Assembly (NCBI RefSeq): GCF_018350175.1
Contig: NC_058368.1
Location: 41,852,001-41,916,000 of the forward strand
DNA length: 64,000 nt
Reading direction: 5' to 3'
DNA from: Felis catus
Lineage: Eukaryota
Under the pieces are notes generated by a model. The model saw only the letters and a list, made by a program, of their open reading frames with translations. It was not told the DNA's origin and made no database searches. Below are positions 37,815 to 51,407 of the stretch, piece after piece; position 1 is the first letter of the stretch; each line of letters begins with the position of its first letter. A program made the position numbers and the translations under genes.

Positions 37815-38895
37815 TGATATGTGTATTTTTAAACAGAACATTGAACATATTACCACATTCTTAATAGTAATATATCATGTTAGCACTAAATATACACATT
37901 TGCAAAGATTTTGACAATTATTCATTTGTCTTGCCAGGATGTGGTGCCAGGAATTTCCTTTGTGAATCAAGTTGGACTGTGAATGTTTAGAGAATAATTT
38001 TAGGCTCTCAATATATACTCTAAGTATATGAACAAGCTAACTGTATAAACTACAATGTACAAAGATGAGATGTGTTTGTGACATTTAATAATCCCTCAAA
38101 GCATTGTCTAATTTGGCACACATTTAGTTTTGTATGACCTAGAAAAAAAAAAGGATAATTTCCATTTTATGTCAAAAGGCTTAGTTTATAGTTATCAAGT
38201 TACAAAAAATACGTATGTGTCTCTCACTAAATTTCCTCCTACGGATGTTTTCATTTTTAAAGAAATTGTGCCTGTAAAGTCAATAGAGCCTGCATATTTA
38301 TAGTATAGATATGATAACATGTTTTTTCCATCATTTGCCAAACTTACCTTGTCAATATTCATAACATAAACTGTTTAGGGATGTATATAAAGACAGTGAA
38401 ATGGCTTGTTGTATGAATAATCGAAAATATTCTCTCTCTATGAGAAATGAGCTATTTCAAAATCTGTACCAAGGATAGTTTTATTGGGTGAATTCTAAGA
38501 ACACACCTGAAAAAGTCTCATTTCTCCTCCAAGACCAACTCTAATTTTGCCTCTCTGGAGTCAACCTGATAGCTAGGCCAGCTGGATGCAATGAGGACCA
38601 AAGATCTATGCAGGGAAGTTGATTAGAGAAGCTTTTAGGCCAGGATCAGGAGAGCCACTGGTGACTACCAAAAAGTGCCACTTCTTGAGAAGATAGTGAC
38701 CGGCAGAAATCGGTGTGGCAGAAGTTTCAGCGCCGAGCTGAGTGGGAGCTGAGGACTCCAATGTAGGAGGCTTGCGACATAGAGCCACAGCAGCCCTGCA
38801 GCAGAACCACAGCATCCAACAGGTTTCATGACCGAGGACGGACATTTGTTTTGTTCTGTTTTGCTGTTGTTTTTATTTTATCTTATTTTATTTTT

Positions 38896-39107
38896 TATTT
38901 TTTTTAATGTTTATTCATTTTTTGAAAGAGAGAGACAGAGCGTGAGTGGGGAAGGGGCAGAGAGAGAGGGAGACACAGAATCTGAAGCAGGCTCCAGGCT
39001 CTGCACTGACAGCACAGAGCCCGACACGGGGCTCAAACTCATGGACAGTGAGTTCATGACTTGAGCTGAAGTCAGACACTTAACCGACTGAGCCACCCAG
39101 GCGCCCC
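38896..39107 (-). mobile_element. Can-SINE (SINEC_Fc2-like) inserted in the A-rich tail of the next SINE
   Basis: Ends cccaggcgcccc. Flanked on both sides by ttattttattttt. Confidence 0.96.
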
Positions 39108-39315
39108 AATTTTATTTTATTTTTAAGTTTATTTATTTATTTTGAGAGAGAGAGAGTACACATGTGAGCACGGGGAAAGGGCAGAGAGAGAATCCCAAGC
39201 AGGCTCTGCACTGTCAGCGCAGGGCCCCATGCGGGGCTCGAACTCATGAGTGAGGTCATGACCTGAGCTGAAACCAAGAGTTGTATGTTTAACCAACTAA
39301 GCCACCCAGGTGCCC
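39108..39315 (-). mobile_element. Older Can-SINE (SINEC_Fc3-like)
   Basis: gagagaatcccaagcaggctctgcactgtcag...gaaaccaagag...gccacccaggtgccc. Confidence 0.95.
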
Positions 39316-39346
39316 GTGGCACTTGTTTTAAAACCACTGAGGATGA

Positions 39347-39569
39347 GGGGCGCCTGGGTGGCGCAGTCGGTTAAGCGTCCGACTTCAGCCAGGTCACGAT
39401 CTCGCGCTCCGTGAGTTCGAGCCCCGCGTCAGGCTCTGGGCTGATGGCTCGGAGCCTGGAGCCTGTTTCCGATTCTGTGTCTCCCTCTCTCTCTGCCCCT
39501 CCCCTGTTCATGCTCTGTCTCTCTCTGTCCCCAAAATAAATAAACATTGGAAAAAAAAAATCTTTAAAA
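39347..39569 (+). mobile_element. Young felid Can-SINE (SINEC_Fc-like)
   Basis: CpG-rich. Tail has AATAAA...TCTTT plus an A-run. Perfect 17-bp TSD aaaaccactgaggatga at 39330-39346 and 39570-39586. Confidence 0.98.
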
Positions 39570-39959
39570 AAAACCACTGAGGATGATTTATACTGCAGCC
39601 AAACTGCTGACGCTGAGGAAGTCCAACCACCGCTTCTGATCTAGGAGCCACCATTGAGCAGTAAAACTCATGCTAATGTAGTAATGTCATATCTGGAGGT
39701 GGATCAGTCCAGAGAGACACAGACAGACGCAGTGAGCCAGAATTACACAGGGGGAGAGGTGGCCTACAGAGATTCAAATATAACATCAAGGAGAATTCTG
39801 GACCTAATAAATCTGATTTCCCAATTAACGGTTGAGTGTGTGAACTGATAAAGTGATGGTCACCAGGGCGGACCAAATGAGTGCCTGGAGAACACATGCA
39901 AGAGATGTCATGAAGCAGAGATTAAAAAATAAATACTCTTAACAAGTGGTAAATTATAA

Positions 39960-40390
39960 TGAAAGGATAGAAGACTTTAAGGAGTAATTGTGTAGCACAA
40001 ATATAAAAACCCAGAAGTTTATATGGAAAACTAAACACCCCAAAGAGTCAAGAGTAGGAAGAGAAAAGAATGAAGTTGCTTTAACAGATACCACAAGATT
40101 CCGCAGACTCACTGTAATAAAAGTAACGTTGTATTGGTTGAATAATTTATAGAAATAAAATAGAATATATGTACATATACATACACATACATATGAGAAT
40201 TTATATACCTGTGAGAATTGAATGTATGATACTGGTAATAGTTCAATTCTGTGTGAGTAGGATCAATTATTTAATAAAAGTTGCTGGCATAAAAAGTGCT
40301 GGTAATCCATCTTGAGGAAAATAAAATTGAATCCCTATATTGTGTTACATAAAAATGTTTCTCAGATGAATTAGACACTGAAATAAAACT
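39960..40390 (+). mobile_element. Ancient L1 ORF2 fragment (L1M/L1ME-like)
   Basis: ctgtaataaaagtaacgttgtattgg; ttatttaataaaagttgctgg; aataaaattgaatccctat...cagatgaattaga. Confidence 0.65.
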
Positions 40391-42949
40391 AAGCAATAAA
40401 AGCAGTTTATTAATTAGTTTAGTAATTAGTTCCCACAGGTGAGTGTACCAGAATATACAAAATGTAAAATATATAAAAATAAAATGTTTGTGTATGGACA
40501 CTGACATAGCTGCATGTTAGTTGCATTGTAAATTATTTGTATTTATTAGTGGTTTTAAAATTTTAACAACTTGTAAAGCTTTTAATCCACAAAATCATGC
40601 AGGTAGATGCTTTTCAAACTAAGTATAGATGGTTTTAATTTTATATTTTGTCCTTTTGAGTTAGTCATGATACTTCTTAATTGTGGCATGACTAACAGCT
40701 GATGCCATATATTGAATATTCCTGTGTGACTGCACTGAAAAACCATTTTAATGCCTACTCCCAAAGGAGTCCATCCCAAACTGGGCTTTTTGCTCCTTTT
40801 TCTTATTCTAAAATTCCCTTAGCATATTTTTTATTAGTATACAATTACATATCCACTATGTATATATCCATGCACTCCACTGCAAATCCCTTCAGGAAAA
40901 TTCCATTTTGTAGGCCCAGTGCTTTGTGTAATTTTGTTGATCCCAGTGAACACATACATAGAGAGAAAATCAGTGAAGGATACTCACCAATTACACACAT
41001 TATCACTAGCTTAAAGGATAACCAGTTTCTGTCATGACCATAACTCGGAAAGCTACAGTCGAAAAATTTTCGGTTTTTATTGTCCTCAAACAGGAAAATC
41101 ATTTTCATTACAAACTGTCAGCAACCGAGTAAGCTAGTGATTTCCTGGTTCCTGTCGAAACACAAAAACTCAAGCACTGGGTTGAAATCTTTCTAAAGCT
41201 TGCATCCGCTTTCCTGATTCTTAAGGAGACTATGTTGAAAATAATGCCCAGTGTTACATTAGCAATAGAAATGCTTGTCCTCTGCTGAAGGACATCGATG
41301 CCATTAAGGCCTCATGAGTTTTTCAGTTTTTTTTTACCTTTTTACCAAAAGTCCTAAATGGTACTTTCAAGCTTTCTCTGTAGATGAGCTGGGTCCTGTC
41401 ACCCTGTCACGCTAGCGGCCTTACTGGTCCTGTTCTCAGTGTATCAGCTGCAGCTAACCATTTCTCCTAAGTTGCTTCTTTGATCATTGTGCACTTTAAA
41501 ACCAGATAACTGAGCTGGTAAGAATATGGACACATCTTTTGTGGGTGTAGCTCATGAGATTTAGCACAGGTTTTAGATGTGTTTGTTTGTTTTAGATCTA
41601 TTACATGTATTTCTGTGACTTACGGTTTTGTTTTTATTTGGGAGGGATTGTTTTTGGTCAGCTTGTGATGTTAAACTATTTTTAATGGATGAGGTGTTGG
41701 CCCAAAAGAGTGTTTCAAGCAAGAAAATTGTCGACTGTGTGAATCTATAACTTGCTTAACTATTTCGTGATAGACAAATTAGAGGACATAAAACACAAAA
41801 CAATTTCCTGACACAAAGAACTCTGAGCAAAGCTAGGGCCATTATCTTCCTGCACCTGATCCAAATAAGCTTTTCTCTTACAGATAAAAGTTGAATATGT
41901 ATAAAATTTATTTCTTTGGTCAGAACTTTCTGTGGCTTTTCTCTACGCAGCATGCCCGTCCCTGCTTCAGGCTACCCTGTAGAGAATCACAGCTGGTCTG
42001 GAAGCCAGCCTACTTCTTTCAGCTAATTAAGCCCTCAGTTTATAGAAATGAGATATCCTCCCACTTTGGGGTATTAGCTTTACAGCCTTCTCAGCTTCTC
42101 CTCAACATCTATTTTACACTGAAACTAAACCTCACTAAACGCTTCCAGGGCTCCTAACAAAACGGACACTTCCTTTGCCTTTTGGTTTCTTTGTTTTAAT
42201 AAATACACTCTTGGATAGGACCCAGGTATCTGGATTGAGTTTAATTAGTCCATAGTTCTTTTTTGTAGACAATGGTTAAGGATCATTTGGCCTAACATGC
42301 AAATAGGGAAATTTAATGAGAAGCTAGCTTTTATTGAAATTTTCAGGTAAATTTTGCTGCCTAGAACTAAATAGGTTTGAGACAAAAAAATGGGGTGTGT
42401 GTGGGGGGGGGGGTTCAGTCAGAAAATATTTAGTGAGGACCAACTATGATCCAATAGAGAATACAAACATTTTTTTATCTAGTACCAATTAAGGACTCCC
42501 AAATACACCACACTAGTGAATGAAATAATGTGTCGGTTTCCAACTTCAATGTCTGAGAAGTTTTTTGTTTCTTCTTTAGTAGCTACCCTTTCAATAAAGT
42601 AAGATACCAAAAACAATCTGGTTCCTCTTAAGGAATTGGCATTGTTTTTGAATTATTCCACATAATGTGTAGACACTTGAGGACTTAACTCGTATACTGT
42701 ATCATATAAATATAATTATTTTATCACAATATCATTTGCTCAGATAATTGCAACATAATGTATCTGTTTGCTTTTATATGGCATTTTTTCTCATAAGGCA
42801 AGATAAATGTTCATTACAGTAATTTTTTTTATAATTGTTAATTATATTCCCTTTCCCCCTTTTGAAAAACATGTTTTATTATCCATGTCTTCCTTCTGTA
42901 GTTCGTGTGCTTTGATTTAGGCTGATTTCACATCAAGGGAATGTATATT

Positions 42950-43190
42950 GATATGTCCCATTCCTTATTCTATATAACTTGGGTTAAAGGGATTGATACA
43001 GCCACACATGCATGCCATTCTTCTAGTCATTAGTCTGGTTTTCAAATGGGCATACAAAACCCAACCTGGATCAATAAAATGAGAGAGAAGACTCATCTCA
43101 GGACTTCTGAGAAAGAAGTTCCCTTAAAAGAAATATCCTGGAGAGAAACATAGAAGAGACACTTTCTGTCTTCTCTATTGTAGTATCACT
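42950..43190 (+). mobile_element. Old LTR fragment (MLT1J/K or LTR16/33-like)
   Basis: catgccattcttctagtcattagtctggttttcaaatgggcatacaaaaccc...ggacttctgagaaagaag. Confidence 0.45.
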
Positions 43191-43239
43191 CTCTCATGGT
43201 ATTTATTCTTAGATTCCTTGATTTGCAGTTATTTGCTTT

Positions 43240-43475
43240 CATGGCTATACTCCCTTATAAGACACTAAGGTCCTTCAGCTTAGGAGGCTTGTCTTGTATA
43301 TGCATATATCTCCATACCATCAAATTTTCTCAAAGCAGTAAAGAGAAAACTAAAGCTTCCTGAAGGTAAGGAGATATCTTGTTGATCATTCTATCCTTAG
43401 CATTAAATAGATGTTCAATATCTATTTCTTTAAAGCTAGGTTGAACAAATGGGTGATGAATAGATGGGTGGATGC
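43240..43475 (+). mobile_element. L2 3' tail(s)
   Basis: ctaaagcttcctgaaggtaagga...atccttagca...tagatgttcaata...gaatagatgg. Confidence 0.6.
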
Positions 43476-45619
43476 TTTGCAAGTAGCAGAAAGCATGATG
43501 CTAGGAAAGTAACACTGCAAACTGTCAGAGAAGATAGATGGCTTTGCTGGTCATGCTATAAATAACCACCAGGTGCCACTCAGAGCAGATGGAAGCCTCA
43601 TTCTGCATGACAGTCATTGATCTGCAGCTCGACTAAGATGCAACCTTTTGTGACACCACTTGAGGAGAAAAGGTTATGTTTCACATTTAAGCTTTGAATA
43701 ATAAGGTCATGATCAAATTAAATGAATTTCTCTGGTGAATACATGAAATATATACAAATTAATACAACAAATTAGAGACATTATTTCAAAGAAAAGGTGA
43801 GCAGGCTAGAGCTAAGTGTGATCCTGGAACTCAGTGCTACTGAATGTTTTATTAATGAAGTGAAAATCCTGCCTCATTAAAAATATCCTGAGTTCTCACC
43901 ACCTATGGGGTAACCCTAAACTCCAATCTTGACTAGAATACTATACAATAAATAAATAAAATACTAGATATGTTTCCTAAGTGACTGTAAATTTCTTAGA
44001 GCATATTCCACACACACAAGTGAAATGTTCAGAGGAAAATAATGTATATAAATGCTCACATTTACATCCTTTTGCAGATTTGTAGTAAATCTCACATTTG
44101 GTATTTAGAGGAAAAGTTCAATTGTACTTTACATCAGTTTGGCAAATATATTCCTGTGAAATTTGAATACTAGCTAGCAAGTCTTCCTTTATGAGACAGA
44201 GCAACAAATTATGTCCCTAACTTCAACTTCTAAAGCTACTGCAAACTGTTCTCTTTGCCCCCCTTCTAATAATCAAGTCTTCTGTTACAACAGTTGTGTT
44301 AGTAAATTTAGCACACACATATATATTTATTACTTGGCATACTTGAGCAAATCACAATAATTTCATTCTTATACAAGCAAAATTGTCCACTTATGTTTCA
44401 TACAACCTTGGTAATTTAATTGATTAGCATAAAAAGTATTTTACACTCCTAAGTGTGAGTGGTAAAAAAACAAAACAAAACAAAACAAAAAAAACAACTT
44501 AATTCCAGGTTTCTCAAATGCAAATAACTTTAATGTCTAAGTATGCACAGTTATCAAGGAATTGCCACACCAAGGAAAATGCCATAACTTATATTGAAAA
44601 CACTGTTGTATTATCAAAACTATGCACTCACTCATTCAACAAATATTTATTAACGTCCTACTCTGTAGTAGCCACTGATGAAGGAATTTGACAGATTGGC
44701 TAATTTATAAAAACAGCTCATTTTGTCAATACATTTGCCTTTTTATGTATTCACATTATGGTATACCACATGATGGAACATAATTATTAATGATAATTGC
44801 AATGCTTAAAAGGTTTAATAACATTTTTCACTATAACAGTAAATATTTATGATGATATAATATGTCACTAATAAATAACAATGGCAGTAATGTCCAGGAT
44901 CACTGAGTAATTGGTTGAATTTAATTTGTAAGACCTATGAGTTAAAAATCATTTTGTTAATTTATAGAGGAGAAAAGAAATTGTAGCAAGTGAAAGGAAA
45001 TGGAATGTAAACTTTCTGTGGATGAGAATGCAGAGATGTGAAACATTACTAGAATATGAATCTGATTGGCTAAGGAACAAGGTCAACAGAGCTACTTACC
45101 CAATGAATTTTCTATTCAGAGACTTACACATGCTTTTAGGTTGGCAGACATTCAGTAAACAGCAAGCTCTCAGCTTTCAGGGCATGAAATTGTACTAACT
45201 GATAACAGTCAAGATACTGAGACATTTCATCATAGCATGAAATATTAGGTCTAGATGATCCTGACATGGACAATAATCCACCAAGCCCGACAAACAATGA
45301 AGTGGCAAATCTAGTGGAGGTGGTTTTTGATTTTGTAAATAAACAATTAGATAATCAAAACAGCTCTCAAATTTGCCATGAGTTTGAGGAGATGAATATA
45401 TCCTGACCATACATAAGAATTATTTAAGTATATATGTGTGTCTGTCTACCTATCTATTTATCCATCCATCTATCCTCTATCTATTGACCATTACTCTCCA
45501 TCATCCTCTACTTCTTCCAACAATTAAAGCAGAAAACAAAAAGTCTGGGGTTATCAGCCTTTAAGATATATACACATTAAAGATATTTATATAATTTTTT
45601 TTTCATTAAGAGCAGGGAA

Positions 45620-46145
45620 CCATAACCAGATTGTGGGAGATTTCATAGGAGAATTGGCTTGGTTTCTTCAACATATTCATTACATGAAAAAATCATTTAA
45701 AATGGGTGGGGGGATTGCTTTAAATTTAAAAGGACTTATTACATATTATACTTGTTATACATAACAACCAAAAGCAATGTCTAAATTTTGTTTGATCCTT
45801 CGTTAAAAAAATGCACAAACACTCTTCTTCAAACAAGTGTGAATGTTTCAATATAAATTATAGTAATGAGGCATTGTAAATTTTATTAGATGTGATAATG
45901 TCATTGAGTTATATAAGAAAATAACCACATTTTTAACTATGCACATTAGAGTATGTAATAAGAAATGACATGATGTCTCGGATTTGCTTTAAAGTACTTC
46001 AGTGAAAGATAACAAGGAAGAAAGAGAGGTAGAAAGAGAAGAATGAAAAAAGATGGTAAAACTTCAATTTTTATACCTGTTGAGCTTAGTAGATGGGTTG
46101 ATAGAGGTTCATTAAACCTATGACTATGATTTTTCATCACTAAAA
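45620..46145 (+). mobile_element. L1MC/L1ME-type 3'UTR
   Basis: cataacaaccaaaagcaatgt; ttagatgtgataatg; gaaatgacatgatgtctcggatttgctttaaagtacttcag; gatgggttgatagaggttcatta. Confidence 0.8.
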
Positions 46146-46466
46146 GAAGCAAAGAAAAAGTTTCTGGCCAACAACTAGAGATTCTTATATATTCGCTGTC
46201 AGGATTTGATTTCTAATTCTTGTTTGGGCCAGAAACCTGTATTTTAAAAACACACCAAATACTTTTCATGGCACCTGGCACCCCTTCATGGCCAGGTATG
46301 GATTGGGAGGAAGTTAACCGTGGTCCAGTTCTTCCCTGCTAAGCATGAAGGTGATGCTACAGATTTAACATAGTGTTTTGGAAACAGCTGGCACTCAATG
46401 AATGACTGCCTGCCTGCTGAGAAAAACTCTGAGTTCACAAGTGATCAGTCTAAAACCTTGCTTCTT

Positions 46467-46517
46467 TTTTCATTTTTATTATTTAAATTTTTAAAAATAT
46501 TTATTCATCTTTGAGAC

Positions 46518-46550
<33 letters not shown>

Positions 46551-46714
46551 ATGGGGGAGGGACAGAGAGAGAGAGAGCAAGACACAGAATCCGAAGCAGG
46601 CTTCAGACTCTGAGGTGTCAGCCTAAGCCTGACTCAGGGCTCAAACCCACAAGTCATGAGATCATGACCTGAGCCTAAGTCGGACTCTTACCGACTCAGC
46701 CACCCAGTCACCCC
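46467..46714 (-). mobile_element. Can-SINE (SINEC_Fc2-like, diverged)
   Basis: Antisense body with long GA tract. TSD taaa(a/g)cctt(g/c)cttctt at 46451-46466 and 46715-46730. Confidence 0.96.
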
Positions 46715-46911
46715 TAAAGCCTTCCTTCTTAAAATAGAACATTATAAAAGGACAGAATTGTTGAAGTTAGGACTAGCTAGTGATCATAATCATGACTCTT
46801 TTTCCTCCTCTATTGGCTGCATTTCTACTTCCTAAACAGAGAATGTGTAGTAAGCCACTCAATGCAGACCTTGACCTCTGTAGGATCCACTAGACACTAA
46901 TAGTACCTAGA

Positions 46912-47152
46912 AATTAAGAGCTTACACTCTGTAATCAGACTACCTGGTTTCAAATCCTGGCTACCATTGATTTAGTATTCTTGAACAGATTGCTTTACTC
47001 TTCTTCTCTGGGACGCAGTTTCCTCTCTGTAAAATAGATGTAATAGTGATACACTGCCTTGCTAAGGGGATTATATGGTTTATATGTTTAAAGTGCTTAA
47101 GATTGTGTCTGACCCCCAATAATAAAACTTTGATACTTACTATTGTTATTAT
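46912..47152 (+). mobile_element. MIR, near full length
   Basis: ttaagagc...cagactacctggtttcaaatcctggct...cagtttcctctctgtaaaat...taaagtgcttaaga...ctattgttattatt. Confidence 0.88.
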
Positions 47153-50100
47153 TCCTCAGGGCATTAACACTCAAAAATCTATCTTTAATACTGTCTTCAT
47201 TCATTCTTCCCTGACCAGGAAAAATGTTAACTTGGTGGGTACATGTTAGCTGGCCCATATTCAAAACAGTACTCTTCTACTTAAACTAGATCACATTTTT
47301 GAAAACTTAACATCTGTCCAGTAAATTAAGTGAATACATTAACCCCCCTAACCAATTTTTATCTTTGTTCACCATAGTCAAACTATCTTCCTGTCTTCTA
47401 TATTATGTATCTCAGGTCTTTTTTTTTTTTTTTTCTTTTTATGCTCTCCAAATCCCGAAGTTCATTCTCTTCTAGATAACAATTGTCCTAATGTTCCATT
47501 CTTCCATTCTTTAAGTATTTCTTACACCTCACACTGGTACATTGATTTCCTTCCCTCATTGCTAACATTGAGCCCCCAGTACAAACTATTACATTGGTTG
47601 AATACGTTCTCTATGTCAATTAGATACTGTGAATATTGGTTGACAGAATAAATGTTCTATCAATCAGATATCGTGAATATCTGTCATAAGATGACCTATA
47701 CAGGTTTAAACAAGTTGGTAATTTGGAAAAATGGAACCCCAGTATCAATAATTCCACAGTGTGATACAATATCATACTTGTACCAACAATTAACTACTTG
47801 TAACTTATTTAATAGTGAACATGGCCTCATATCACAAGCAATTAAGTTCTTAATAGTCAATTAGTGGCAAGACCAAATGCAAGCAAAATAAATGTTTTTC
47901 TTAACATTAAAAAAAATTTAAATCCCAAGGCAGTGTGGGATTATTTATCTATATTCTATTAAGGCTCTTATATCCAGTGTGTAACTGGCTGTAATTAGTT
48001 ACCTGCTTTCACATAATTCATGTATTATCTTTGATTCTTCTTCTCTTGACACCTGACAACCACAAGCCTTTTTTTCAACACTTTTACATTTGCAAAGAAT
48101 TTTTTAAAGTTTCTGCTTCTCAATAATTTGAGAATCATATCAAGAAGAGCAATACTCACAAATCATCTGTATTTAACAAGCAAGGCTTTGTTTTACTTAC
48201 CAGAATTTTAACTGAATTCCTCACTTATCTTAAAGTCCAGTAGTCAATATAAATCTGAGTTTATGCTGAAAGAAAAAAAAAAACCCAGCCATCTCTCTTC
48301 CCTTCTTTCTCCAGTTGTGTTTATAACTGAGAGGGATGTTAGAGATCACATTTCAAATGCCACATACTAACAGTTAGAAATTTGAGACCAAAAAAGTTTA
48401 GAAACATTTTTGGCATTGCTAGGCAGTAGTAAAAGCCATTGATAATCCACGTTCCCAGACTTAGAAGCAGGTGTTCCTTACACAGCACCAATTTCATCCC
48501 CATAAGGGACCAAAAGCTAAGAAAGTGTGCAAAGAAAAACTGCTATAGTCACTCTCTTTGTTTTTGACACTCTCATCTCCCTAAATTGCAACCTCCTAGT
48601 CCAATGTCCCCTCTCTCAAGTTGGAAGAACATAGACCAGACGTGTCATTAGGGAATACTCTTGCATTAACTACTAAGCTACACTACTAACCGACTCACTT
48701 CCTAAACATGCCTGTGGTCGGAAAAGAAACAACTTTTGGAACTTGTTCCCTATACATAATAATGTAATGTCACATCTCCTTCCCAACCCCTACAAATATT
48801 CAAATTTTCAAGTAGAACATGCTATAGTTTAAATTCAAGAAATATTGTTACAATTTAAATGGATGTTCTAACAATAAAATGCTGATATCTTATTCCATAT
48901 GATGTGGGGAAAGAGAAGAACTAAAGGAGCAGAGAAGTAGTTTTCATCTTGCCTTTGGATAAATTCGTTCTTACAGTTGAGCCTTGAGTTTGGCTCTTAG
49001 GTCGGTTGGCAGCTACACCAAAAGTTGATTTCCATCAGCAGAATCAAAATAAAGAGCAATTTTTAGATTTAAAAACATAGAATGCCATTCTCAAATGCCA
49101 CATGGCCATAGTTCATTTAAAGAACAGCAAACAGAACGAAGTGTTAAAGAAATATTTTACTTTTCATCATTGCTTATTTATATTCTGATGGATATGTTAG
49201 ACCTGAACACCCAAAGGCAAATGTAGAAGAGAGAGAGACAAAGTAAAAGCTTACAGAATTGGGGCTAGAAGAATCTTTATGCCATATATATTTTATCCCA
49301 GTATTATGTTTAAAATATAATACTTCTACAACAAGGAAGGAAATATTTGAGTGAAAAGAGGAAAGATTGATGTGGAAGAGATTTATCTTATTTATTCTTT
49401 TCTTCATACCAAATCTTTGAAACAGATATTTTTATTTCAAAAATGCTCATTTGTGAAAAAAATCAATTTCCATGATTATATATTTGAATAATGATGGAAG
49501 AATATAATACACAGTAACTCATTTTTAAAACGTGTCCAAAGCAGTATGTCAGGATGTAAAGAACACTATAGTTCCAGTTAACCAGCTATATGATCTGAAC
49601 ATCTCTGTGACTCAGCTAGAAGTCATAATTCTCTAGTTGGTGGTGATGGAGGCAGTGTTGATGGTGGATTTCAGAATCCAGTTCAAACCACATAGCCCAT
49701 GGGGGTGGATGGTGAGTCAGAAGAGTCATTAATCATTTCCTCTGAAATGTACTGAGTGCAAAAGCACTGATAGAAATATGCTAACTGTGTGAATACCATA
49801 ATGACACATAAAAGGTGGGCAACCTACTAAGATAATCTTCTCTCATTCTATTTTGTAGAATTAATAAATTATTAAATGTATGACATAAAAGAGAGTAATT
49901 ACATTGTTAAAATAATTCTAATTCCAGCTTGTAAGTCCTGTGTATGTTTCAGGGATTTCTTTTTCGTTTCTTTTTTTAAAAAAATATATAAGACAGGAAA
50001 AATAAAATTTCCTACCAGGGTAAATTTCTAATGAGATAGTGCGTATAAACCATTTATCAGGGTAATTGACTCTCAGAAAGAGATGGTTATTGTTATTTTC

Positions 50101-50518
50101 ATCGGTACTATCCAAAGTCTGAAATGCCAAGGTTTTTATATCATGAAAATTACAACTTTAACATACTTTATTGCTGATAAAACTGGTAAGTTTCAAAAAA
50201 AAACTGTTAATTCACTTGAAAGACTACATTATACTCTTGGTGTTCAGGCTTTCCTATATGTTTCCTACTCTTATTTTCTACTTTGTTTCTGTAGACTATA
50301 TTTCGTTAATTTCTAAACTAATATTCTAATATCACCATTTCTATTATGAAATCTACTCCTTGTACAACACGAAAATTACTTGTTCCTTTTTTTCTTCTTT
50401 CCACATAGCATTTTCTATTTGGTTGAAATTAATAATAAAAAATACTAGAAATAGCTAATACCTGAAATATAATAATTCACCTTTCCAAAACTTTATTAGG
50501 TTTAATTATATTTCTAAT

Positions 50519-50525
50519 TTTTTTT

Positions 50526-50577
<52 letters not shown>

Positions 50578-50699
50578 CTTAAGAAGGCTCCACACTCGGC
50601 ACTGAGCCCTAATGGAACTCGATCCCACCACCCTGAGACCATGACCTGAGCCAAAATCAAGAGTTAGACACTCTACCTACTGAGCCATCCAGGCACCCC
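50519..50699 (-). mobile_element. Older Can-SINE with long (GA)n
   Basis: gagaatcttaagaaggctccacactc...aaaatcaagagt...aggcacccc. 21-bp TSD aggtttaattat(a/g)tttctaat at 50498-50518 and 50700-50720. Confidence 0.95.
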
Positions 50700-50806
50700 A
50701 GGTTTAATTATGTTTCTAATAGCTGAGTTAACTGATTAGCTGTTATTTTCTTAGGGAATATTTCATAGAAGAATAACAGAAACTTTCAAATTTAATGCAA
50801 AACATA

Positions 50807-50907
50807 AGAAATCTCTTATACATAGTGGTAAAAACATAAATTGGTACAGCTACTATGGAAAACAGTATGAAGATTCTCTAAACAATGAAAAATAGACCTA
50901 CCATATG
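50807..50907 (+). mobile_element. L1 ORF2 C-terminal fragment
   Basis: taaattggtacagctactatggaaaacagtatgaagatt...aaaatagacctaccatatg. Confidence 0.85.
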
Positions 50908-51340
50908 TAACTATATCTATCTCACAGATCTCAAGGGAACTCTTTTGCCTCTTAACCCCTATGTCACCAGGGAATGTGCTGAGAGACAGCTGGTAGAGCT
51001 GACTCACACCAAGTGTCTCTTGCTAGCACATGGCCGACAGGGGACTGGTTCCTGACACTCTGAGTCAGGAATGTAGTGCAACAGGTGGTGGGATTCCAGG
51101 GTTCTCTAGGTCTGTGGGGACACGTCCATCTAAATCCCTGGGATACTGTTCTGAGTAAAAGGGGACCCGCACAATACAATCTGAAACTAGGGCTGCAAAG
51201 GTGGCCATAATCAGTCTCCATTTAGTCCTGCTGTTGATGGGGTCCCCGGCCTCTCAGGTGTCTCCTAATCCACATCACCCCAATCATTCCAATAAAGGCT
51301 ACAGGTTCTGGCAATATTTGGCTTCTTGGTGCATAGGGAA

Positions 51341-51407
<67 letters not shown>

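Larger units (their letters stand above)
38560..39612 (+). mobile_element. Putative MaLR (MLT1-like) LTR hosting three SINEs
   Basis: GC-richer 5' part. With the SINEs removed, the end reads ttgttttaaaaccactgaggatgatttatactgcagccaaactgctgac, like the MLT1 3' end. Confidence 0.45.

Noticed and set aside
50964..51221. Minus-strand ORF with cadherin-looking NQSPVGHVLARD
   Set aside because: No other cadherin motifs (DxNDN, LDRE); likely chance.
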